This document shows, one piece after another, positions 29,021-38,147 of a stretch of DNA of 46,956 bases. The notes beneath the pieces were generated by a model that saw only the letters and a list, made by a program, of their open reading frames with translations, was not told the DNA's origin and ran no database searches. The stretch is taken from the NCBI GenBank assembly GCA_016839805.1, contig JAEOTO010000025.1, positions 1 through 46,956 of the forward strand. Reading direction: 5' to 3'. The stretch is from Candidatus Hermodarchaeota archaeon. Lineage in GTDB: Archaea > Asgardarchaeota > Hermodarchaeia > Hermodarchaeales > Hermodarchaeaceae. The position numbers and the translations under genes were made by a program. Each line of letters begins with the position of its first letter. Position 1 is the stretch's first letter.

Positions 29021-29206
29021 ATGTCAAGTCGATTAGGACAATTTTGGGAAAACACCAAACGAATCGCCAAGTTAGCGAAGCGACCGGATCGCAACGAAGT
29101 CTGGCTGCAATTTAAAATCAGCATGCTCGGCCTCTTTGTCGTCGGTGCTGTTGGATTCATGATCCGTCTGATCATGATTGTCATAAGCAGCTTCTTCATT
29201 TCATAA
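29021..29206 (+). CDS. secE: protein translocase subunit SecE/Sec61-gamma
   Basis: R+.KLAKRP...E.....K+..LG+..+G.+GF+I. Confidence 0.9.
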   Translation: MSSRLGQFWENTKRIAKLAKRPDRNEVWLQFKISMLGLFVVGAVGFMIRLIMIVISSFFIS

Positions 29207-29252
29207 ATCCCAAAAATTGGCGTTTTAATTCTGTGACATGGAGACAAACAGG

Positions 29253-29753
29253 ATGGCTGCTGAAAACACTAACATCTACATCGTACGAACCACAATTGGA
29301 CAAGAAAAAGGAATTGCCCATGTAATTTCTGGTCGAGTCTCAACACGAGAAGTCGACCTAAGAGCCATCCTTGTCCCCGAACCCTTGAAAGGCTATATCT
29401 TCATTGAAGCCCGAAGTCCACGCGAAGTCGAACTTGCTATTGCAGGCATTCCTCACATCAAAGGCATTATTCCAGGCAAAATTCTCATTAATGAAATCGA
29501 ACACATCCTTATCCCCACACCACCCACCGAAGATTTAGAGATTGGAGATATTGTCGAAATTACTGGAGGTCCCTTTAAAGGCGAACGGGCTCGAGTCATG
29601 CGGATTGATGCCTCGAAAGATGAAATCACCCTCGAACTCTTCGAAGCTCCCTCGCCCATTCCTGTAAAAGTTCATGCCGACTTCATTCGCATTGTTGAAC
29701 GTAGTGAACGTGAAGACACTGAGGAAGAGGAAGAAGAGCTTCTCGAACTCTAG
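29253..29753 (+). CDS. spt5: transcription elongation factor Spt5
   Basis: VRTT.GQE, LKGYIFIE, KOW motif GDIVEI..GPFKGERA.V. Confidence 0.96.
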   Translation: MAAENTNIYIVRTTIGQEKGIAHVISGRVSTREVDLRAILVPEPLKGYIFIEARSPREVELAIAGIPHIKGIIPGKILINEIEHILIPTPPTEDLEIGDIVEITGGPFKGERARVMRIDASKDEITLELFEAPSPIPVKVHADFIRIVERSEREDTEEEEEELLEL

Positions 29754-29816
29754 TGACACTCCTCCTAAAGCATCTCCGTCGTGACGGAACATTTTCTTCG
29801 GTTAAGACGACTTTAG

Positions 29817-30029
29817 TTACTTGTCTGATTCTTGCTCAGCTGATTTTAGTGATCGAAGGATGAGTGTTCCTCCAAAACCCATAAGGAGGAATGCCATGAA
29901 CCCGAATAACGCACCGTAAGCAAAGCCAGCTCCAATAGTGGCATGTAATGCATCACCGACGACAAACCCAATGGCCACGACCAGTAGTGCACCACCGAGG
30001 GCAAAACTCAAAATACCCGAAAAGCTCAA
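29817..30029 (-). CDS. small 2-TM membrane protein
   Basis: 70 aa, two Gly/Ala-rich helices; fills the spt5-rpl11 gap. Confidence 0.55.
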   Translation of the reverse strand: MSFSGILSFALGGALLVVAIGFVVGDALHATIGAGFAYGALFGFMAFLLMGFGGTLILRSLKSAEQESDK

Positions 30030-30279
30030 TTCGTTTCACGGTCCTGGACTAACTCTTTTGATAATAAACACTTATTGAGCCGAATCGCAAACCTGAACTT
30101 GAAATCAATCGCCAAATATCCAAAAATTATTTCACTTGTACTGCTTTTAGGTGACATCATACAGCAATATAACACAACCACAGATCCCCAGATTGAGATT
30201 TTTCCGTCTGCGTAGCAGCAATACATTTTTAAATTGCCTATAGCTCTTCAAGCTGAACCCTTAAGAGGAGACACCAACG

Positions 30280-30762
30280 ATGGGCAAAGTCGTATGCGAA
30301 GCCCTCATCGAAGGCGGCAAAGCATCAGCTGGACCACCGATAGCTCCAGTCTTAGGTCCGACGGGAATAAATTTGTACGCCGTGGTGACAAAGATCAACG
30401 AATTGACGGCGGATTTGAAAGGACTAAAGGTCCCAGTTACTATAGTCGCAGATGATGATACAAAGGAATTCGAGATTACAGTCGGGCTTCCTCCTACCTC
30501 TGCCCTTATTCTTAAAGAAGTCAATGCTGAGAAAGGGACTGGTGCTACAGGAACCGAAATCACAGGTGATATCACCTTTGATCAGGTCATAACGGTTGCA
30601 CGTGCCAAGGATAAGGACCTCTTGGGGAGTTCGATGACCAACCAAGTGAAATCGGTGCTCGGTACCTGTGTAAGCATGGGCGTCACTATTGATGGCAAGG
30701 ATGCCAGAACGGTACAACAAGAAGTTGAACAAGGCCTCTATGCCGAAAAATTACAGAGTTAA
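30280..30762 (+). CDS. rpl11: 50S ribosomal protein L11
   Basis: EGGKASAGPP+.P.LGP.G, PPTSALI, GTC.SMG. Confidence 0.97.
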   Translation: MGKVVCEALIEGGKASAGPPIAPVLGPTGINLYAVVTKINELTADLKGLKVPVTIVADDDTKEFEITVGLPPTSALILKEVNAEKGTGATGTEITGDITFDQVITVARAKDKDLLGSSMTNQVKSVLGTCVSMGVTIDGKDARTVQQEVEQGLYAEKLQS

Positions 30763-30781
30763 ACGTGGGTGAGAAATAAAG

Positions 30782-31432
30782 ATGTCAATGAAACTTGAGA
30801 ACATCGTCTCTGCGGTAACCGAAGCACAAACTAAGTCGAAAAAGCGCAAATTTGAGGAAGCCATAGAAGTTATCGTCAATCTAAAGGGAATCGATCTGAA
30901 GAAAGGCGGAAAACAACTAAATGTTGATGTTACCCTTCCTCACGCTGTCGGAGAAGGTATGAAAGTGAGCATAATTGGTTCTGGAAACTTCGCATTTCGT
31001 GCACGTGAAGCCGGAGCCACCCGAGTCCTTGAACCAGAAGATGTCGAACGCCTAGAAACCGATAAGGATGCCGCCAAAGCATTAGCGGAGGAGATGAGCT
31101 TCTTCATCGCGCAAGCTGACCTAATGCCCCTCGTTGGTCGCGTTATGGGACCGTATCTTGGTCCTCGTGGTAAAATGCCCCGTCCCGTACCCCCTAATGC
31201 TGATCTCAAAGCGCTCCTTTCCGAATTTTCTTCTTCAGTAAAACTAAGAATGCGGAAGAGCTTAGTGATTCAAGCGAAGGTTGGAAAACGTAAAATGGAT
31301 TCCAAACAGGTTGCCGAAAACATACAAGCTGTTGTCGGTGCACTTGAACGGAACCTTGATCGGGGTATGCAAAACATCGACGAAATATTCACTAAAACCA
31401 CTATGGGTCCCGCAATCAAAATTGAAATGTAA
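30782..31432 (+). CDS. rpl1: 50S ribosomal protein L1
   Basis: KRKF.E.+E, LGPRGKMP, KTTMGP. Confidence 0.97.
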   Translation: MSMKLENIVSAVTEAQTKSKKRKFEEAIEVIVNLKGIDLKKGGKQLNVDVTLPHAVGEGMKVSIIGSGNFAFRAREAGATRVLEPEDVERLETDKDAAKALAEEMSFFIAQADLMPLVGRVMGPYLGPRGKMPRPVPPNADLKALLSEFSSSVKLRMRKSLVIQAKVGKRKMDSKQVAENIQAVVGALERNLDRGMQNIDEIFTKTTMGPAIKIEM

Positions 31433-31449
31433 CAAGATGGTGAATCACC

Positions 31450-32376
31450 ATGAGTTCAGGCCAACAGACTCCCACAAAAGCTGAGGTACCCCTCACCTCA
31501 AAAGGGCGCCCTGTTCCTCAAGCCAAATTAGAACAAGTTAGTCATCTTGTCTCACTTCTGGAAAAATATGATTATATTTCGTTACTTCGCACCGAACAAA
31601 TAGGATCTAAACAATTTCAAGCTATCAAAAAGGCTCTGCGAAATAAGGCTATCATTTACATGGCTCGAAATTCTCTAATGGTACGTGCCCTTGAAGTCGT
31701 GGCTGCTAAGAAGAAGAACCTCGATAAGCTTATCCCGTTCGTAGAAGGTTCTTGTTCGTTTGCGTTTACCGATATCAGTCCTTTTGAACTCGATGATTTA
31801 CTCCAACAAAATAAAGCAAGGGCTCCTGCTAAAGTTGGAACTGTTACACCTGAAGATATCATTATTGAAGCAGGTAACACGGGCTTTCCACCGGGTCCGC
31901 TTATCTCTGAGTTGGGTCAAGTGGGTTTGAAAACGCGAATTCAAGGTGGCTCAATTTGGATCACCAAAGATCATGTCATTGTCAAGGCAGGAGACACTGT
32001 GACACGTGCCCAAGCACTAGTCTTATCTCGGTTAGGCATGGAGCCCTATGAAATCTTCCTTAAGCTCAGTGTAGCGTATGATAATGGAGTGATTCTATCT
32101 GCTGATGTTTTCGGAATTAGCCGAAGCGATGTACTGAATCAGTTAACTTTGGCTGCCCAAGAAGGATTAGCTCTCGCACTTACAATGAACTATATCAATG
32201 CAGAAACAGCTCCCTTTCTGCTGCAACAAGCCTTCTCGGAGGCACGAAGTCTCTCCCTTTTTGCAGGCATTCTCACGGAAGAGACTACCGATCAAGTGCT
32301 AGCTCAAGCTGAACAAAAAGCAACCGCCCTCGCCCAAGCCGTTCGAAACAAGAACCCAGAGGCAATGCCAAACTAG
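31450..32376 (+). CDS. rpl10: 50S ribosomal protein L10/P0 (no acidic C-terminal tail)
   Basis: AGNTGFPPGP.ISEL, L.RLG+EP. Confidence 0.95.
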   Translation: MSSGQQTPTKAEVPLTSKGRPVPQAKLEQVSHLVSLLEKYDYISLLRTEQIGSKQFQAIKKALRNKAIIYMARNSLMVRALEVVAAKKKNLDKLIPFVEGSCSFAFTDISPFELDDLLQQNKARAPAKVGTVTPEDIIIEAGNTGFPPGPLISELGQVGLKTRIQGGSIWITKDHVIVKAGDTVTRAQALVLSRLGMEPYEIFLKLSVAYDNGVILSADVFGISRSDVLNQLTLAAQEGLALALTMNYINAETAPFLLQQAFSEARSLSLFAGILTEETTDQVLAQAEQKATALAQAVRNKNPEAMPN

Positions 32377-32482
32377 ACGGGACGTAATTAAGACAAAAGA
32401 TTAAAATACGGCTCAACGGAAGCGTTCCCCCTCACAGGTAACGCCCCTGTCTTCCAATAAAAAATCGGAGGACGATAATAAA

Positions 32483-32794
32483 ATGGAATACATTTACAGT
32501 GCAATGCTGCTTCACAAAGCGGGTAAAAAAGTATCTGCATCGGGTCTAACTAAAGTGCTTGAAGCTGCCGGGGTCTCACCAGACGAAGGTCGTATCAAAG
32601 CACTTGTTGCAACACTCAAGGACATTAATATAGACGAAGCTGTCAAAGCGGTCCCTGTTGCCGCTGCCCCTGCAGTTGCACCTGCTACTAAAGAAGCGCC
32701 TGAAAAGAAAGCTAAAGAAGAGAAACCCAAGAAAGAAGAAGAAGAAGAAGAAAAACCAGAAGAAGTTGCGGGGCTCGGTGCCCTCTTTGGTTAA
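32483..32794 (+). CDS. rpl12: 50S ribosomal protein L12/P1
   Basis: MEYIY.A+LLH, Ala/Glu hinge, terminal GLGALFG. Confidence 0.97.
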   Translation: MEYIYSAMLLHKAGKKVSASGLTKVLEAAGVSPDEGRIKALVATLKDINIDEAVKAVPVAAAPAVAPATKEAPEKKAKEEKPKKEEEEEEKPEEVAGLGALFG

Positions 32795-32879
32795 ATCGAT
32801 CCCAGGGGCGATTCTCTTCGATTTTCACATTTCTTTACTCGGCTAGTTTGAGATAGGCGACCCGCCTATCCCCATTCCC

Positions 32880-33428
32880 TTAATGTCCTCGACGGAGATA
32901 CCAACCTAAATCCTGCTGATTCTTAATGGAAACCTTTCCTGTCTCCGCTGATTTCAACAATCCATATCCCAAGGCTTCTCCCTGGTCATTAACCACAAGA
33001 ACTTTTCTCTCTTCTTCAAGAACCGCAGGCCAGTCCTTGAGATGTTGATTCTCTAAAGGCTGCCCGTAAAGAAATTTCTGTTCACCTGTGTGCGTTGTTA
33101 TCACTTTCACCGTGTCTTTAACAGCATCACCTAATGCGTGAAGAATATGCAAGCTAGGCTTCAGAGCCGTTTTAGTGAGTTCACCCAAGAAACGCCCAAT
33201 AAAATAAGGATGACGCAGGGGCTGGATTTGTGTATATAGACGCCATAAATCCGATGATAGGATGTAGACTTCTTGACGGCGTCCTTTTGCTATTATCATA
33301 TGTTGGTCCGTTAGAAGTTGATTCACCTTTTGCTCAGAAATGTATTCAGCGAGGCCTTTGTAGATTCTCTGTTCTTCCTCAGCTGTGGGGATCGAAAAAA
33401 TCAAGCGGCGACTTTTATCATTTTGCAT
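32880..33428 (-). CDS. NIP7-like PUA-domain ribosome biogenesis protein
   Basis: PY..G..LG, EQKFLYG, C-terminal DLGWYLR; coupled to the NOP2-like gene. Confidence 0.8.
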   Translation of the reverse strand: MQNDKSRRLIFSIPTAEEEQRIYKGLAEYISEQKVNQLLTDQHMIIAKGRRQEVYILSSDLWRLYTQIQPLRHPYFIGRFLGELTKTALKPSLHILHALGDAVKDTVKVITTHTGEQKFLYGQPLENQHLKDWPAVLEEERKVLVVNDQGEALGYGLLKSAETGKVSIKNQQDLGWYLRRGH

Positions 33429-34366
33429 ATGAAAAAACCCTCCAGTTGATGTTTGTAGGGGTAAAACCGTCGTGCTAAGTGTAATGATTCATCCAACTCC
33501 TGGTTGAAAGGCGCTGTAAACCCTGGTTCACCCAGGGGCAGACCAGCATCAACGATCTGTATTGGGCAACGCTGTAGAGCATAGTCAATAATTTTCTCAT
33601 TTTCCTCAGGAGCAAAAGAGCAGGTCGCATATACCAAAACACCATTCTCTCGAAGCAGCTGGTTAGCCGCTAGAATCAAACGTTTTTGCACATTTGCTAA
33701 GATTGTTATGTCTTTAGTTATTCGACTTTGTTTACGTGTGGGATCCACTGGGATTAACCCTTCACCTGTGCATGGAGCGTCTAACAACACCGCGTCAGCT
33801 TGGATACCGAATTCAGGTAACTGCGTTGCATCCATCCGAATCGCCAGTGAATTTTCCACCCGCATTCGAGAAAGGTTCGACCGAAGACTCCTAATCCGAT
33901 CGCGACTAATATCCGTGGCTAATATTGCACCCTTGTTTTCCATGAACTGTGCAATTAACGTGGTTTTTCCACCTGGTGCCGCACACATATCGACAACCAC
34001 TTGATCCGCCTGGGGGTTCAGCGCTTCAACTGCCCACATAGATGCTGCACTTTGGAGCAGATAATATCCCAAGAGGTATTCCGTGGTCGCTCCCAAACTT
34101 ACAGTCGATTGGCGGACACGATACGCATATGGTAGACCGTCCACAGGTTCCAATTGGACACCTTTCGTTTGGAGTCGAGTAGCCACTTCAGTCGGGGAGG
34201 CCGCTAGCGTGTTCATACGAATCGTACTGGGTATCGCCAGTTCATTTCCCTTCAGAAATTGAACAGTTTCTGAGCCAAATAATTCCAGATAACGCTCTAT
34301 CATATACTGACGGTAACCATACTGTTTTGCTAATTGCTCTGCTTCCCGATTGTTCACCAAAACCAC
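33401..34366 (-). CDS. NOL1/NOP2 family rRNA m5C methyltransferase
   Basis: EYLLGYY.LQ, DMCAAPGGKT, LDAPCTG.G, YATCS..PEENE. Confidence 0.93.
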   Translation of the reverse strand: MVLVNNREAEQLAKQYGYRQYMIERYLELFGSETVQFLKGNELAIPSTIRMNTLAASPTEVATRLQTKGVQLEPVDGLPYAYRVRQSTVSLGATTEYLLGYYLLQSAASMWAVEALNPQADQVVVDMCAAPGGKTTLIAQFMENKGAILATDISRDRIRSLRSNLSRMRVENSLAIRMDATQLPEFGIQADAVLLDAPCTGEGLIPVDPTRKQSRITKDITILANVQKRLILAANQLLRENGVLVYATCSFAPEENEKIIDYALQRCPIQIVDAGLPLGEPGFTAPFNQELDESLHLARRFYPYKHQLEGFFICKMIKVAA

Positions 34367-34446
34367 ACAGTTATTCTAGCAACGCGGCAAGGCTTAAGAA
34401 GAATCCGCCTCCACACAATACAATATAACTACTATGGTGAACACTG

Positions 34447-34680
34447 ATGTGTCTCGCAATTCCTGCTCAAGTTGTTAGCATCGAGGGTAACACCGCGACT
34501 GTAGACTTTGGAGGGGTGAAACGCTCCGTATCCGTTGCTCTCCTCGAAAAGATTGAACCCGGTGACTACGTCATTGTTCACACAGGTTATGCTATCCAAA
34601 AGATGGATCAAAAAGAAGCCGAAGAGAGTTTGGAACTTTGGCGTGAAATTTTGGCAGGAGATACAGCGCCAGAATCATAA
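34447..34680 (+). CDS. hypC: hydrogenase maturation chaperone HypC
   Basis: MCLAIP, VDFGGV, GDYVIVHTGYAI. Confidence 0.95.
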   Translation: MCLAIPAQVVSIEGNTATVDFGGVKRSVSVALLEKIEPGDYVIVHTGYAIQKMDQKEAEESLELWREILAGDTAPES

Positions 34681-34704
34681 ATACTTCGTTACTCTGGTCT
34701 TTAA

Positions 34705-34753
34705 CGAATTGGATAAAAGAAGGAAAGGTGGTCCCCCGCGAAGGGAGACACCC
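34705..34753 (-). terminator. hairpin plus pyrimidine tract downstream of the DPM2-like gene
   Basis: Minus strand GGTGTCTCCC-TTCGC-GGGGGACCACC followed by TTTCCTTCTTTT. Confidence 0.55.
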
Positions 34754-34787
34754 GACGTTCTGCTAGCATGTCAGTGCGTTTTTCTGG

Positions 34788-35123
34788 TTACTCTTCCTTT
34801 GCTTCCTCTTCTTCCTCGATTTCTTCAAGGGGAATCGGAGGTGGTGTTGTAAGCATCGTCCAACCAATCCAAGCCACAATGAAGAGTATAAGCACAATCG
34901 CTAGCCACATCGGAATCGCTACCGCGAAGTAGGGCTCTCGGATGACTGGAATCCAACCAAGAAATGGCCACCATGGGTGAGTTGTTGGATAATCAAGAAC
35001 TCCACCTGTTGGAAAGACACTGAGGAACATGAAGGGATAAATTAGCGCCCAATAGGTATAATAGAGTAGGATTAGAATCGCGAAGAGGAGTATGAGAAAA
35101 CCATAGATTTTATCTCGAGCCAT
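34788..35123 (-). CDS. DPM2-like protein (dolichol-phosphate-mannose synthase regulatory subunit family), 2 TM
   Basis: D...G..+...+.I..YYT.W.++.PF and FAVAIP match the eukaryotic DPM2 pattern (recalled as YYTAWVILLPF and YAVAIP). Confidence 0.72.
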   Translation of the reverse strand: MARDKIYGFLILLFAILILLYYTYWALIYPFMFLSVFPTGGVLDYPTTHPWWPFLGWIPVIREPYFAVAIPMWLAIVLILFIVAWIGWTMLTTPPPIPLEEIEEEEEAKEE

Positions 35124-35315
35124 AATCGGTTACCCCTAAAGTTAGGGAATCTGGGACTGCCTTGCTAAGGGCTTGTTCTTAAGTCTTACCCACAAGCAGT
35201 CCAAATCCTAGAATAGAGACATAGAATTCCCCATAAATACTTATGGCAGAAAATGAATGCATTCACAGTCTCAAAATTATAGTAGTCAGGTCCAAACACA
35301 GAAGAAGGGTACGTA

Positions 35316-36383
35316 ATGAAAGCAGTAATCTTAGCCGGTGGATTTGGTACACGACTCCGTCCCCTTACCTGCAGTCGACCTAAACAACTCCTTCCACTCG
35401 GAACTTCTACACTCATCGGCTATCTGCTGGAGCAACTTCAACAGGCTAATGTATCCGAGGTTATCCTAGCTACTGGCCACGACATCAAGCATCTACAAGA
35501 ATATCTTGGTGATGGCTCAGCCTATGAGTTAATAGTTCACTATTCTGTCGAATCAGAACCACTCGGCACTGCAGGTGCCATTAAACATGCCGAATCATTT
35601 CTTCAAGGCGAGGACAGGTTTCTGGTTCTGAATGGCGACATCGTCTCAGACATCAAGTATCTTCAGCTCATCAAACATCATCAGCAACATAAAGCCACAG
35701 CAACTATTACTTTATTCAAAGTCCAAGATCCAAGCCGGTATGGTGTTGTAGAGATTACTCCGGAAGGACGAATTCGACGGTTTGTAGAAAAACCCGCACC
35801 TGGTCAAGCCCCAAGCAATCTAATTAATGCCGGTTGTTATGTTCTCAACCACACCATACTCGACCAGATTCCCTCCAATCGAGAAGTATCTATAGAACGT
35901 GAGGTTTTTCCTGCTCTGTGCAATTCAGCAACAGTGATTGGATGGGAACACCAAGGAATTTGGGTCGATACAGGAACCCCGGCCTCATTCCTTGAAGCCC
36001 ATCACGCTCTTTTAACAAAAATGCGTAAAAGCCAGTTCATTGGAGAAGAAACTCAAATTGCTTCATCCGCTGTAATTGGCTCTAATGTAACCATTGGCAA
36101 ACGCGCGGTTATTGGACCCCACACACGACTCACGAATACAGTAATTTTCGATGATGCAATCGTTGGTGAAGGTACAATCATTAACGAAGCGATTATCGGG
36201 CAAGGTGTAGTGATTGGGAAAGACCTTCGCTTAGAAAAACATGTAATAGTTGGGGATGGCGCCATTATAGAGGCGGGTGCAAACATCCCGCCAGGGACCC
36301 TCATCTGTCCCAACTGCCACATAAAGAAAGATGAAACGCCTCCTCACTGTTTTGTAAAGAACTACAAATCACTCAGTGTCTGA
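35316..36383 (+). CDS. NDP-sugar synthase, mannose-1-phosphate guanylyltransferase-like, with left-handed beta-helix domain
   Basis: KAVILAGGFGTRLRPLT..RPK, EPLGTAG, FVEKP, INAG.Y, S+E.E+FP, W.D.G; C-terminal hexapeptide repeats. Confidence 0.88.
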   Translation: MKAVILAGGFGTRLRPLTCSRPKQLLPLGTSTLIGYLLEQLQQANVSEVILATGHDIKHLQEYLGDGSAYELIVHYSVESEPLGTAGAIKHAESFLQGEDRFLVLNGDIVSDIKYLQLIKHHQQHKATATITLFKVQDPSRYGVVEITPEGRIRRFVEKPAPGQAPSNLINAGCYVLNHTILDQIPSNREVSIEREVFPALCNSATVIGWEHQGIWVDTGTPASFLEAHHALLTKMRKSQFIGEETQIASSAVIGSNVTIGKRAVIGPHTRLTNTVIFDDAIVGEGTIINEAIIGQGVVIGKDLRLEKHVIVGDGAIIEAGANIPPGTLICPNCHIKKDETPPHCFVKNYKSLSV

Positions 36384-37049
36384 TGGAGCAGAATTCGGCG
36401 GGTTCACAATGAGAACCCGCGCACGACGAATCGTCGCTATAAAAACACTAACTAGCGTAATCACCGCAAGGACTGTGGCTGTCGGAACCAAAGTGATACC
36501 CCACGGCGTGAAATTTAATGCAAATCCCACTAACACCGCGAAAGCAATACTCAATCCGCACGAAAGCGCCAACCGTTCCCATCGATCAATATAACGCTCA
36601 AAGGGAAAGAGAGCCCGAACAAAAGCAAAGCCCGGTACAAACACCAGCAGTAATCCACCGAAAATCCAACGCAAAATGACTAATGGAAACAACTCCACCG
36701 GAATTAAGAAAGTAGTGCTTAACCCCAAAACCAATAACACGAGCGTAAACCACAGATCAAACGCTAGTGTACTCCGCAAATACGTAAATATGCTCGATAC
36801 CGGTGTCATCACTGTATCTTCAGATGCACCTGGCAGGTTCAGAATCACCTTTCCCTCATTAGCCAAGTCCTTAATCATCCGCAGCGCTACGTCCTCAGGG
36901 ACACCTTTCCCCTTTAACTCAGTCACCACACCTGCCACGTTAGCAAAACGGCGACTCCGCAGCGCTTCCAGAATCAGCTCCCGTACTGTTTCCGGAACAT
37001 AGGTATCTTTTTCACGGAGTAACATCAGGCAAACGTCCTCTCCGACCAT
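36369..37049 (-). CDS. DUF1616 N-terminal (membrane) half with an extra soluble N-terminal domain
   Basis: FVPGF....ALFP......ERLALS.GLSIA....G..LNFTPWGI. Confidence 0.8.
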   Translation of the reverse strand: MVGEDVCLMLLREKDTYVPETVRELILEALRSRRFANVAGVVTELKGKGVPEDVALRMIKDLANEGKVILNLPGASEDTVMTPVSSIFTYLRSTLAFDLWFTLVLLVLGLSTTFLIPVELFPLVILRWIFGGLLLVFVPGFAFVRALFPFERYIDRWERLALSCGLSIAFAVLVGFALNFTPWGITLVPTATVLAVITLVSVFIATIRRARVLIVNPPNSAPSDTE

Positions 37050-37096
37050 TAAGCAAAGATTCTTTTAATCTTTAACTCCTATTCCCTTGGCGCCTA

Positions 37097-37644
37097 TGAA
37101 ACGTCAACACATGGTTCTACTACTGGGTTTTACTCTCCTTCTAATCACCCTGAGCTCACCAGGGATCATTTACAGTGCTTTTCACTCCCCATTCCGCTTC
37201 TTGGTGATTCCATCCCAACAATCAGAAGCTGAAAATGCTATCAACGCAGCTCAATCCGCAATTAATATCGCCTACACCCACCTAGTTGTCGCCGATCGAA
37301 CCGGAGCGCCAATTATTGACCTAATAGAAAGCCTCAATAACGCTATTGCCGACCTCAACCAAGCACGAACAGTGTACAACAATATGGATTATACCTCCGC
37401 AATTACTCTGGCTGGGAATGCGCAATACATTGCCGACTCTATTACTGAACAATCCCAACATCGGCGAATTGCCACGTTAGTCCAGCTACAAGTTCAAATT
37501 ATCCTTGCCATCGCAGTTACGGCAATTGTCATACTTGTCACTTATCTTGCCCTGACTCGATGGTACAAATATCGGAAACAACAACGACGAGACCTTCTCC
37601 AAATGGAAATTCGCCTTCCCGATGAGGAGGACGACGAGTCATGA
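37097..37644 (+). CDS. hypothetical membrane protein (TM, helical bundle, TM)
   Basis: Terminal TM segments flanking Ala-rich amphipathic helices; overlaps the next start (ATGA). Confidence 0.7.
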
Positions 37645-38126
37645 AGAAACACACTCAAACTGTTCTTACTATTCTCATGTTTGGCATCGTCTTCGCCACA
37701 GGAACTCTATTGGTATCAGTCTGGATTCTTCCGCCCCCTCAACCAACACCTGCGATAGCCCTACTCAACGAAAATATGGAAGCGCGTAACTATCCCACCA
37801 ATGTCACCGTCAATACCAATATCACCTTGAACATCGAAGTGTACAATTTCATGGGGTTCGTGCAGTACTTCTATGTGCGAACCAAGCTAGCCAACGATAC
37901 CACAATGGCATCCACTACAACCCAATCCCCAGCTTCTCTATTACAACAAAACGAACGGATTGTATCCAATGGTGGTATTTGGCGGTTTCCTGTTCAGTTG
38001 AACATGACAACACCTGGCCTCAATTACCGCTTAACCTTTGAACTCTGGCAGTATGACTCGGCGCTTGATGCGATTACATATACGGGCGTATGGGTTCACC
38101 TTCCCCTCAATGTAACTGGACCCTAA
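37641..38126 (+). CDS. DUF1616 C-terminal-like extracellular domain protein
   Basis: LL......NYPTNV.......L.+.V.N.......Y...RL.FELW. Confidence 0.7.
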   Translation: MKKHTQTVLTILMFGIVFATGTLLVSVWILPPPQPTPAIALLNENMEARNYPTNVTVNTNITLNIEVYNFMGFVQYFYVRTKLANDTTMASTTTQSPASLLQQNERIVSNGGIWRFPVQLNMTTPGLNYRLTFELWQYDSALDAITYTGVWVHLPLNVTGP

Positions 38127-38147
38127 TCACACGAAAATTAGTAAGTT

